From Nageia nagi (taxonomy: Eukaryota > Plantae > Pinophyta), in contig JBITNC010000001.1 of NCBI GenBank assembly GCA_050084985.1, forward strand, positions 157,294,001 to 157,358,000: DNA of 64,000 nucleotides, in the 5' to 3' direction. Made by a program: the position numbers and the translations under genes. The notes under the pieces are model-generated. The model was given only the letters and a program-made list of their open reading frames with translations, did not search any database and had not been told where the DNA came from. Positions 13,282 through 25,530 of this stretch are shown here, piece by piece. The stretch's first letter is position 1; the number at the start of each line of letters is the position of its first letter.

Positions 13282-13617
13282 TGTAACATCCCCTTTTGGG
13301 CTAAATTGGTGAAATTTGGGATACTAGGTGTTCGCTTTTTAAGATAAAGTTTGTCACAAGTTTTGGATGGTTGATTAGACTTCTTAATTGGATAGAGCAT
13401 CTCATGGGAAGCGTTTTGATAGGCTATACGACATGGTTTCATCAGGAAACGAAAGAGTTATGGCCTCTTGAAGTTCTCCAGTGGGACCAATCTTCCATAT
13501 TGTGTCTGTGCACAGAATTCCAAGAACGTCTCCATATTGACCCCTTGGAGTGTGACATCCCCCTCCTTGGGATATGTGTTAGTTATGGATTGTATTTAGG
13601 TGTGAGCTTGGTAATTA

Positions 13618-14291
13618 AGAAAGAAAGAAAGAAAGAAGGTATATTAATATCCATGGATGACTAAAAGCGGTCAATGGGATTGTCAAGTACAGTCATGCTC
13701 ATGGAGCCCACAAAGCTCCACTTGGGCAACAAATAGAAAAAAAATGACCTAAAAACAAAAGGATTACATAATCAAATACAACAAAAAGATGCTTGAACCC
13801 TAAAAGGTGGGAGAAACCAAGTGTGCTACATCCATAGGGAGGTCGTCCTGGGTCTCTCTGGGGGAGTAAGGTGGTGGTACTCCTTTCTCTGGTGAGGGAC
13901 CTCGTTGATCACTATGAGAAGCCTCTAAGGTACTACTGATGGTCGAGATGAAAGTTGAGATCTGTTGCATTCTCGACAATGGTTGGGTGCTTTGGGTACG
14001 TCTCTTGGTCTTATGAAGCGGTTGTATAGGCTCAACTTTGTCTCCTACGAGCCCCTTCAGGAGAAGGGGCTCGTAAGAAGAATGTGATGCGTATCACCTC
14101 GATCGGTAGTTGAGCATAAGCTAGGAGGTGCCTTTGAAGAAGGAAGGCCTCCCGAAGACAGAACTTTAGGCAACGTTGAGTTGGATATTGGATGAATGTG
14201 GCTAACGAGCTGCAGGCGTCTTGTAAGAGGCAATGGTATCGACCTCGAATCTCGTAGTAAACCATGAATCGAAAGAGAAAATGATCCTCAG
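13618..14291 (-). mobile_element. 5'-truncated LINE 3' end inserted in the 5' LTR of element A
   Basis: EDHFLFRFMVYYEIRGRYHCL matches the ORF2 C-terminus of the LINE at ~37050-37100. 3' end GATATTAATATACC(TTCT)n matches 37375-37401. The segment is absent from the 3' LTR. Confidence 0.85.
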
Positions 14292-16742
14292 AGGCCACTT
14301 GTATGAGTTGTAATACATGATTCTAAGGCTACTTAATAATTGCAAATGCAATATTAGTCTCCAATAATGAGGCGTTGCATATCTAGCCATTGGATCTTTT
14401 AACGTGGACCACTAAATGTGATTATTGGCATCCCTAGGCAATGTTGGATTCGAGAGGCATGTGCATGATTCCTAGGTGAGATTTAGGAGAAAAGTATATA
14501 AAGGAGATTCACATCATTGTATAAATATGGATTTTTGATATTGAAACCTTTCCTTCGCTTCGAAGTTTCTAAAGACTTGGCAATGTCAAGCACAGTTGAG
14601 CGTGTAGTTCAGGGAGAGATTAGGAGGCTTGGAACACCTTCTATTCTATGGTTGAGGTGATTGTTCGTGCTGTGAGGTTGCCCTTCCTTTAGGCGTCCAT
14701 AGCAGTCAACATCTTTGAATCCATTCGGTGGTATTCCGTAACTACACTGGTTCTCTTTGTCGAGAGCTAGCTTGTGAAGAAGCCCTTCAGTGTGGCGTCC
14801 ATAGATTTGGTAGAGTGTGGTTGTTCTGCAACATATCTTCTTCATTGATCATATTTGCACATTTGTGTGCCCTAGTTGGCTTCTTGGAGGCCAATGTTGA
14901 GTCCTTTGAGCTTGCTAATGCCTTGTACTCATTATTCATCCATTATTTGAGCATTGGTGTTTTGGATCAGTTCATTGTTGACTTGTTTTGATGTGCATTT
15001 GATGTTATATTGCCTCTTTGAGTGATACGACATGTTTTTGGGTTCATATATGGTGTATTTTGCATGATATTTGGATGCCCTAGTGTGACATTGTCTTATT
15101 GTGGTGTTTTCTGGTTAAGGGAGTGAGACGTTGAGGCTTGTGGCCTATTTTCTTGTATGTTTGATGCCCTAGATCAGTTTGTAGCATCCATATAAGCATA
15201 ATTTAGTATTTGTTGATTAATTTTTGGCTAATTTCCTAGTGTATAATTTTTGGGATTTTACAGTGGTATTAGAGCTTAGATCCTACCAGCGTATGGTTAG
15301 ATCTAACATTTTTCAGAGAATTGGAGTTAGGGTTTTTGTGAAAAATTCAGATCTTTAGTTTCCATCTTTTGGATCATGAGGTTTTGCACTTAAAAAGCCA
15401 TTTTTGGCGTTAAAACGATATTTTTTTTAGGAAAAATTCAAAATCCTGAACTAAGTCATCTAGCCCTGAGAAGTAAATTTGCAAGTTTAAAAGCTATTTC
15501 TAGACACAAATTCTTGATCTATTATCCTAGGTAGTTAGAAAAATTTAATATGGAGATTTCAAATTTTATGCAAGGGTTTTTTGAAGAAAATTCAACCAGA
15601 TCAGCATTCTGCATGAAGAAATCAGAATTGGCACCAATGGAAAGAGAAAATTCAGTCATATCTATAGTCAAAGTAAAGAAATCAAATTTCAGAAAGAAGA
15701 TGTTCCAGAAAATGCACCATCAATTGCAGGAAAGAAAAATTCCTTAAGAAGAAAGGGAAAAGATTCTTTTGTACCTTGATGATAAGCAGGAAGAAAAGAT
15801 GAGAAAGAAAAGAGGAGATGTACAAAATCAAAATACTCTTCCGCCCCACAAGACTCCGCCAAAAATTGAGGTTTTGCTCCAGATCTACCAAGGAACTTTT
15901 AAGGAGTTTCAAAGAGATGTCAATTTTCAGCTATATCAAGATCTTTTGGGGTATGGAATTGTTGAGTGGAAGAAAGTAAAACAAGACATTGAGGGGGAAG
16001 AGGCCAAAGCCCCCCCCCCCAACGAATAGACCCAAACCTCCCTTGTGGGCCAAGGAGGAGGTTGCACCTTTGGATCTGAAAAAAAGAGTAAAAGGGAGAT
16101 GCTTTGAGAGCAAATCCAATATTGAGAAAGAAGGTGGGGACACTGAAGAATGTGGAGCTTTGGATTCAAGACATAAAGCATCAATTGCATGATGGTGAGA
16201 CATGGATCAGCCTCAAAAGGTATGAAAGTAATTCTGATTTTTATGACAGCAATTCATAAATTTTGCATAGTTTTGTTGAAAGTGATAATATTGGAGAAAA
16301 ATAGGAAAGAGCCATTGATGTTTCAAATTTGGTTTTGGGAGATAGTAATGAGAAAGGTGAAGAACTTGAGTCTAGCATGGAAGAAGATAAGGGCTACAAA
16401 GAAGGAGAATCACAATCAACAATTTTAGTCTCATTACAAAGAGAGGTATGCACAAATGATGGAGGAAAATCAGAAATTATTCTTCAAAAGGTTGTATCAC
16501 TATGTCAAGTAGAACTACAAGATGTTCCCTTCAAAGTGCACTCACCCACATTTGTTGAGGATGTAGTAGATGACACGAAGCCTTATGTGGATGTGAATGT
16601 TGAAGCTTTTCAATCAGCTTGTAAGTATATACATACTAGTTTCATACCTTTGGTTTCAATGTGTGATGTGTGGGAAAAATCAATTCTTCATGTGAATTTC
16701 AATATTCTTCTAGCTCCTTGGGATCCAGGTGTGTTAGCATGT

Positions 16743-17923
16743 TGTAATGATCCAAATAGGATCTCAAAGCAAAATCAGCAAATTCGATTACAATAGCCTG
16801 AACATCAGGCCTAGGGCATCAACACTCAAGCATACAAACCCTCAAATGGCCACGTTAGTGTTAGAACATTCAATAATCATCAAAGCAATGGAACTATGCC
16901 AACGTTTAGCTCGTACATGTACAATGAAGCAAAGACAATCTAGCGCATGCATAAGTATGGAATAGACAATACAATATTAAGATCCGACGCCCTCTGGCTA
17001 TACAAATGATATAGAATGATAATGTGTACAATACCAAGCCCTAAAGGGCAGTCGTTGGCCTCCAAGGAGCCAACTAGGGCACAACAATAATATCCTCAAT
17101 CATTGAACACAACCACAGAATCATGGGACATAAATGCTCCCTCAGGACCCGAATCCTCTCCATCGAAGGAGCCTTCCTTGAACCATGGATAACCATCAAA
17201 GGTAGAAGCAAATCCTCATAATTCTATCGAATGGGCAAAGGTGCTACACCAGTGCTGTAGATAGACATGATCCCTCAACCTGAATGCCCTCTATACATTG
17301 CGCCTAGGAAAGGTTGTTTAGCACCGCTAAGACTTGTTGTTCGATGGATAGTAGTAGAAGTAATAATAATCAATGGTTGTCCAATAATGAAGCTCCAATG
17401 TCTATTTATACATTAGCTTTGTCCGGATCTCACCTCAGAGTCATCCCAAGCTCATCTAATCCAACGTTGGACTCCTAGGGGCCCGAGACACCTAACGTGG
17501 GTGCCTAGGCATTAGGCATGCCAACATAGGGGACAAGGTGCATTAAGTGCCAACGTTTGGTCCTAAATGTGCCACCCATGTGGGCCAGTAAGTGATGCAT
17601 TGGGGTCTTGGAGTCAACTTGAGCCAACGTGGGTTGTGTGGGGTCTTCCCCAAGCCTGGCGCAAGCATACAAGTGAAAGTCCATTACTTTAATATATATA
17701 AACCTTAGGATGCCCACAATTATTATCGGGATCTCCAAGTATGATAAATAATGCCTAATCTAACCTTAGGAGGGACATGTCCCACTTGGGGCTCACACTG
17801 GGGTCCATTGACCCATTAAGTCTCCTATCGTAAGTTACAACAATGTAAATACAAATACATGAATAAAGTATATTACAAAGATGACCATTTTGGCCCCACT
17901 AATTGAACAAGGGGGACGTCGCA
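16743..17923 (-). mobile_element. Solo LTR, TSD CATGT
   Basis: TGTAATGATCC...AAGGGGGACGTCGCA flanked by CATGT (16738-16742 and 17924-17928). Homologous to the LTRs at 54848-56113 and 59970-61095. Confidence 0.85.
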
Positions 17924-19199
17924 CATGTAATGAGAATACGCAATTATGAAGGTTGTGTTGGGATGCTTTTCTTTCGTGCGTGGACCCTCTGACAATTGTG
18001 TGCAGAACTTAGGAGATCCCAAGCAACATAGTTGGGAATGCGTTACCAATTCCCCCGTTTGAAAAGGACTGTGTACATCCAAGGCTCTTGTCGAAACAAC
18101 TTACATAACAATCCAATGTTGTGACGTTTAAGGTATGCTCGCTAAGCGTGTTCTTGGTCTAGGGATAGATAAAGAAATTGCGGTATCGCTTTTTGGAATC
18201 AGCCTCAATGGAATGGAATGAGAAGTAGTAGTTTGTTAACCAATGTTGTCTTATTCTTTGATGTACAGAGTTTATTTGAAACCTTTGTGTGTGGACTTAA
18301 TGATTGTATTTGGATTGGGAAGCATAAATAAAGCATAAAGGCAATACAATAAAAGGTGAAGGACAACATCGTGGAGAAAGAATGGATACTTGGTCGGATA
18401 TGAGTTTGATGTTCACTGACGGGAAAGTGTCTAAGAGTTAATCTCTTTCAAATCAGTTGAGGACTCTTCATCCAATTCATCCAACCTTGCAAGCAAACAA
18501 CTTAGTGTTCGAATTGCTTCAAAGAGGAGGGGGGAAGAACGCCAATTGTTAGTTCTCTAGGAATAAGACTGATGTAATTGAATGGAAACGAAAACTTTTA
18601 ATGTGGGAGGATCATGGTTTTGGATGAAGGACCTAACAAGATGTCATGGAAGTAGAAAGTGACATAGAATACCCAATCAACTTTTATGTTAAGGACCAAG
18701 CAACAAGCATAGGTAAGCTTAAAGCACTTACTAAAGTTTTTCAGAGATAACTTTCCTAAAGCTCGAAATCTTTCAAAGGAATAAAACGAACTATGAATGC
18801 CCTCAAAGAATCAATCCATAACACCAATATGAAAAGTATCAAATTCAAGTCTTTGCATAACCACTTTGTATTAGATTTTGAAAAAGGAGGTGCCAAGATT
18901 TACAATAAGCTCTCAATTCTTAAAAGTTCTCTCTTCAAGAATGAAGTGTGTGCTTTAGAATGAAGTCCTTACAAAAATGAGACCATTGGTCTCTTACTTA
19001 TAGAGTTTTGGAAACCCTAAAAGTGACTTTTGAAACCCAAAAGTGACTTTCAAAACCCTGATCTCTAATTGCGAAATTAAAAGCTAATTACAAGCTAACT
19101 GAAAATGCTAATTGAGATTACAATTGGACTTAGTGGAATCCACTAAGTTTAGGCAATATTTGGCTTACATATCAAAAATTTGCCAAAATAGATCCCTTT

Positions 19200-22100
19200 C
19201 TATTCTGGTGATTGTGGGAAGATGACTTGTACATTTGTTGCGATTTTAGCTTCGAAGTCATCTCCCATGAATGCTTCCACGTTCCTGATGGCCTGATGAA
19301 TCGTCTGAAGGACTCCTTCGTTTGGTAGCAAGTGCTCCAGAATGGCTTGATTGGTTTTGACCATTTCCTTGCACCATGCGACAAGTCTAATTCCTCCTTT
19401 CATCTGTCTTTCTATCTTCAGGCTATGTGGATCCTTGGGACACAATTATTCTGCAATGGTGGCGTGGACTGCTATCGTCATTGCCATATACTCCTTAATG
19501 CTATCGTTTTCCTCAAACAAAAGGACCTGAAATTCATATTCCCTCGCATGCTCATTGATAACAGCTTTGAGTTGAGTCTTGGTGTATATGAAGTCGGTGG
19601 ATTTGACTTTGAAGTAGAACAAATAATCATACAGTTGGAACTGATCTATGCAAAAATCTAGCATGAATGGATGATGGAGTGACCCCTCCTCCTCAATATA
19701 AAAATTTGTCATGCTTGAGCGGAGTGTTTTGATAGCCTCAACAAGGTCCTTGGTTCATTCTTGCTTCAGGGCAGTGATTCGAGTATTTAAGTCAACCTGC
19801 TTTTTGATGTCTTGAACTGTCAAATTAGCAGCCTTGACTTTTCTATCAATCATTTCCTTACTCGTCACTTTCTTTTTCAATTCTCGGATCTCTAATTTAA
19901 ATAAGGTATCGAATTCTCTCAATGCTCGTGCATTTGTGATGATGCTGTGCTCCATTGCCAATGGGCCAACAATCTTTCTAGGGGTCTTTTCTGTTTCAAC
20001 TATGAGGGCAAACTTTTCGGTACCAGTCTTGTTCTTTTTGGAGTAGAGCTTGTCCTTGTAGGTGAGTTTATCTACAATGGTGGTGAGAGTAACAATTTGT
20101 TGAAGTTCCTCATTTTCATCTTCAAAATCTTCTCCTTCGTAGGGGTCATTTGAACTCAAGTTAGCCATCATTGCAACCATGTCAAAGCGCAGTTCCATGG
20201 GTTGTTTTCCATAAGGAACCATCTCTTTGTCTTCGATGATTTCAACGTCATGCTCTACTTGTCTTCTTTTTCTTCTCTATTCTTCATTTTCTTCTTCATC
20301 CTCCTAATTTCCATCATCTCCCCTTGACGATGATGCCATTGCCCTGGGTCTTGATGTACGCTTCTGTACTATTGTTGTTGTGGTCCTTTGAGATGGTGGC
20401 GTTTGTGATGCCTGTTTCTGAGGAGCGGATTTTGTGGTGCCTGCTCCTGTTGCTTGTTGTACAATCATATCAAATGAGATTGTCTTCATTAAGGATCTCT
20501 ATTGAGTGATCAATGTCGACCCTATCAAAGGCAATATCAAGGTTCACTTCCATGTCGGTGTCGATGATTGCATTAAGATCCATCTCTTCATTGGACTTTG
20601 ACGGGCTACTCGGTCCATACTTGTCAGAACTGGACAATGATGTGTTGGGGTTTAGATTCAGGCGCATACCACTCCGATTCAAACCGTGCGGGAGATCTAT
20701 CTTTTTCTGCAAGTGTTTCAATGGTTGAGAGATCAAGCCTACTCTTTTGAGATCCACGATGCCATTCTTCGTACCCATGACAATTGTGTCAATGGTTTCT
20801 CCGAGGATGCTATTGGTAGCATACTGCCTGTTTTGTCCTTGAGCCAAGGCCACTAAGGGTGATATTATGGCAATAACATACCCATGGCTTGGGGGTACGA
20901 TGACCTGTGCATTAACTCTTAACTTGGCAGCTTCTTTGGTTTCCTGTTGTTTTTGTTCTTTCTTCAGCTCCTTGTGAATCCATTGAACCTGCAGGGTGTC
21001 TTGAATGTTCCTGTATCTCTTGATACTGCCAAGGGATTGGTGTGGATATGATGAGCTCCATGTCTTCTGGAAGAATGCATCAATCACTCCATCAGGATCA
21101 TAGTGATCCACAACTACCTCAATTGGGAATTCATACAACACCAACTCTTGTTTAATCATATCATTTTGATGCTAGGTGGTGCATTCATAATTCCCAATGA
21201 TGACAGGTAATTGGTAAGTGGTCGTCGCCTTCTTTACCCATATCTTGTCGTGTACGTTAAGCATGTGTCTTGAAAATTCCTTGAGGATGAGGCGATCACT
21301 TGCGTAACGAGGTAGCTTGTACGGGGCTTCTTTGGAGCCATAGACCTTGAGATTCGTGAATTCTATGCCCTCCATGAAGAAGTCCGCATGTCCCTTGATA
21401 GTAGCAACAACTTCATTGGATATTCTACGTTCATTGGATCTGCCCATGATCTCTTCATAGATTTTGGCTTCAAAACCGACAGTCCTCATCTTCCAGTTGC
21501 CGTCTTTCCATTTATTGTGAGAATAGAACCGTGGGTAATTTTCCCACACTGGATGTGTGGGGGGGTCATACAAATATTTGGTATTGGCAATTGAGATTAC
21601 CCTCGCCCTACCGTGAAGGAGTAGGTAGACTAGGTAGGAGTTCATGTAGAATTTCTTGCTCCTTTGAATGTTTTTCAGTTGTTGAGCCAAGGAATCGCTA
21701 ATCACTCTACTCCACCTAGCACCTTTACCGCCATTGATGAGATCTATAAACCTAGTGAATTCCGACTGGAATTTGGTGTCATCTTTCTGTCTGGTCAATT
21801 CCAATTGGAATTTGGTGTCATCTTTTTGTCCGGTCACTCTAGAAAGCATTGATATAAGTGTGGAGACTACAGGATAGAATTCTCCTATGTTAGGCGTTGC
21901 TAAGACTCTCCTTGTGAGATGCTTGCGGTCATCAGCCAACCAATCTCTTATCAAATCAGATGGAGGCCTCCAACTTTTGTAGAACCTCAAGGAGTGTTGC
22001 ATGTTGTATGATATGCCTTCACTTGTCGAAGCGAATGCCCTTTCTATTCCTTTCTCAAAGAAGTCCATGATCACCTTGTTTTTTGTATCAAGGAGTCTTC

Positions 22101-22370
22101 GCCTTCGGGTGTCGCGATGCTTTCGCAGCTCGTAGCACAACTCAGGTAAGGGGGTGGCAAATGTTAGCATAGAGGTTGTCACTAGTAAGGAGTTTTTCAG
22201 TGGGTTTTTAACTAGTGTAGCCGGATCCATCAGCTGTATTTTCATCAAAATTTTGATAGGGTCCATGGAGTTACAATCTGTCCGCAATTTTGCTGAATTG
22301 CTCAATGATCCTTGCGATAGGCATCACAGGTTCTGTTGTATGTTCGAGCATGATGGGGCTGTCCATTTTG
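19200..22370 (-). pseudogene. Decayed retroelement accessory ORF (~1,050 codons; N-terminal globular domain, low-complexity linker, C-terminal coiled coil)
   Basis: ORF pieces 21172-22305 and 20470-21159 share a frame. After one frameshift, 20304-20489, 19755-20222, 19446-19712 and 19200-19445 share a frame. Motifs WSRVISDSLAQQL, FYMNSYLVYLL, KVYGSKEAPYKLPRYASDRLILKEFSR. No gag or pol motifs. Confidence 0.75.
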
Positions 22371-23559
22371 AGCCTTCTCAACTTCTTGTCTTTGATATTT
22401 TGTGTGACGAATGCAATCTTGTTCCTGTCGAAGAGAACAACACAGAGTTGGAAGAGTCCCAGGTAGCTTGTGGCAGTTTCTAGGGAGGAAAGGAGAGGTT
22501 TTTGTAAAATTTGGATTTTTCATTGTAAGTGTGTCATTATCGAAAAATGCCAAAATTTGCAAGGTTCAAGGCCTTTTGGGTGAGTTTGGGGTGACACAAA
22601 GGTAACTAACTTTGAAGAGAATGCCTTGGCAAAAATTTAGGACATGTGGAGAATTTTCAATTTTTTGCTCAAAAACTTGACTTTTTCAATAGGAAAAAAA
22701 GGGTAAAATTTGACAAATTGGCGAAATGGTGCTGGAATGAAGTTTTAACACCTTAGATGGATGGGGAATGAGTGAGGAAGGTGTTTTAAACTTTGAAACG
22801 GCCAAAATGGACTTAAAAGCCACTTTTTGGAGTTTTTGGAAATTTTTTTGGATTTTTTTGAAGAAATGAGGATTTTAGGCCCTCAGATATTTGGATCGTA
22901 TGTTTGAGGTTTGGGAGAATGAGGTTTTGGTATGAAAAATCCTCAAAACTTGAAAAATGGAGTTCATGTGGGATGGAGGATGTTTGGATCTTCAAGTATA
23001 ATGGAGTTTGGATGAATTGAAATGGTGCTAAGTGTTCAAATTATTCTCCAAGGGTGAAAATGGGCTTTCCTCTTCACTTCAACTCTCCAATTCCTAAAAA
23101 TTTTGGCAGCATAAGGGTGCAAAATGGGAGTAGTGAATGAAATGGTTGGGATATGGGTATATTTATAGACTTAGGGGGGTGAAAAGGTGCCACATGTCAA
23201 CACCACATCAACCCTAAGTGCAAATTTTGCTTTTTGGACTCTTCCCTCTCATGCCCAACGTTGGAAAAGTGGAGAAAAATGGTGAAAAAGGCCAAAACCT
23301 GCACCTAAGTGTGGAAGGAGCAGATTTCATCCAATACGGGGGTTCTTGGAGCAAAGATGATGGGTTTTGGATGCTCTTCAACCTCTATACTTTAGATTTG
23401 GATTTCAAGTTTTGAGAATTTTGGGAAAAACTATCCAAATTCTTAAGTTTTCAGCCCTTGAATCATTTTTGAATGCAAAAAGGTGGTTTTTGGGAGTTTT
23501 GATGGACCAAATTGCACAAGTGAGAGATCATAGTGGTGTAGAATCAAACCAACTATCAC

Positions 23560-24900
23560 ATGGAAGCATTAAATATCACTTTTGAGCAATTTTGAGGGTC
23601 GAGAGGGCTAGGTGCAAGTTTTGGGCATGTTTGGAACTTTGGTGAAATGGCCCAAAACTTTCAAAACTCCCCCCTAACTTTTTGGAAGGCAAATCTTGAG
23701 TTTTTTGTAATCTTGCAAGAGGCAAAGATACGTGGAATTTGATTTGCCACCCTACCTTTCTCTCCAATTTTGATTTTGAGTATTTTGAAAAATTTGGAAA
23801 ATTTTCAAGCTCTCCCATTGGCTGATCCAAATTTTGTGATTTTTAGGGAGTAGATCCATTTTTTTCTAAAAATTGAAAACATGAAATTTGTTCAAAATTG
23901 GATTTCCCATGCTCTTGGGACCAAAAATTTTGAATTTGAAGCATTTTTGAGCCCTCCCAAGCTTGGCGTAGGTTTTGGGACTTTTGGTTCAATTTGGAAA
24001 TTTGGGAAAAGAGGGGAAAACTCCCAAAACTGCCACCTAGCATTTTGACGGGCATAATTTGGTTTTTTTGCAAAATTGCAAGAGGCAATGTTGCTTACAT
24101 TTGGATTTTGCACCCTACCTCCTTTTTTGATTTGCCTAATTTTGAAAAATTTAGAAAACTTTGAAGCTCTCTCATTGGTTGATCAAATTTTGATGATTTG
24201 AGAAAGTAGATCTCATTTTTTTGTAAAACTCAAATTGTCAAACTTGTGTAAAATCCCATCCTACACCCCATGAGATCAAAAATTTCATTTTTTTGCAATT
24301 TTGGGGTGCAAGTAGGGTAGATGCAGGTTTTAGGACATTTAGGCCATTTTCGAAGTTTGAGAAAAATAGGGAAAAGAGGCAAAACCAGCGCCTAAATATT
24401 TGAGCAGAAATTTTTGATTTTTTTCAAAAATTTCATGAGGGAAAATGCCTAAAATTGGATTTGGCACCCTACCTCTTTCTTGGATTTTCATTTTGACATT
24501 TTTGAAATTTTTGAGCATTCCTATTGGCTGTCCTTTTGCTTATTTTCCTGTTTTTTCCATTTTTGGTGGACTAAAACTCGTTGAAATCGTGAACTTGAAA
24601 GACAGATTTGATGTAGAATCACGATCTCCATGCTCCCAAGCTCAAAAATTCCACTTTCGGATCAATTTGGGCCTCCCAAAAGGTAGGCACAAATTTTCAA
24701 GATAATAGGCCATTTTTGAGATTTGGTAAAGTGAGGGAAAACTTGCAAAACTCCCTCCTAGATTTTTGGGGGTCAAAAACTTGAGTTTTTTCAACATTTC
24801 CAAGAGCAAAGTGGCCTTAATTTGTCATTTGGCACCACACCTTTCTCTTGGATTTTCATTTCGAACATTTCAAAAAAACTCATTTTTCCGGGCTCAGCCC
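23560..24900. repeat. ~360-bp degenerate tandem repeat, about 4 units
   Basis: Anchor TTG(G/C)CACCCTACCT recurs near 23744, 24108, 24461 and 24828. Confidence 0.75.
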
Positions 24901-25059
24901 GAAGCTTCTCGGATGCCATATGCTCATTTTTTTATTTTTCCCCTCAACGGTGCTCAAATTTGCTTTTTGGATCCATTCCGAGCTATACTGTACATTCCTG
25001 GTCTTTTCCGTCTTTTACAGGCCCAAATGGTACATTTTTGGCATCTAAGTATGCATTTT

Positions 25060-25530
25060 GACCATTTTCAGCATTTCTGGACATTTCTGAGCTCAAAAGA
25101 TGAAAACGATCACTTTCAGCATTTTGAGCTCAAAGTTTACATTTCCGGCTTTTCCAGACTCAAGATGTGCAAAAACGATCATTTTCGGCATTTCCGAACA
25201 CTTTGAGCTCAAATTTGCATTTTTGGTCATTTTCAAGCTTTCTGGGCTCAAATTGTGCAAAACTGCACATTTTTACTATACTAACCACTTCCAGGCTGAA
25301 AATTGACCAAATTGCGCTTTTTTGTGCAACTGACCATTTTTTGACTCTCTGGGCTCAAACTTGACAAAAACGTGCCTTTTAGCCATAATTACCTTTTCAG
25401 GGCTTAAATTGTGCAAAAACGTACACTTTCATCATCTTGATTGTATTCACTGCTCTCGGGCTCAAACTTGACCAAAAACGATCATTTTATCACCTTGGCA
25501 CCTTTTTTGCTCAAACTTGCAAAAATGATG
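25060..25530. repeat. Degenerate ~50-65-bp tandem array
   Basis: Recurring (G)GGCTCAAA.TTG..CAAAAACG.TCA.TTT motif, roughly 8 copies. Confidence 0.65.

Noticed and set aside
22800-25400. Numerous F/K/L-rich short ORFs
   Set aside because: They are by-products of A/T-tract repeats in non-coding LTR sequence.
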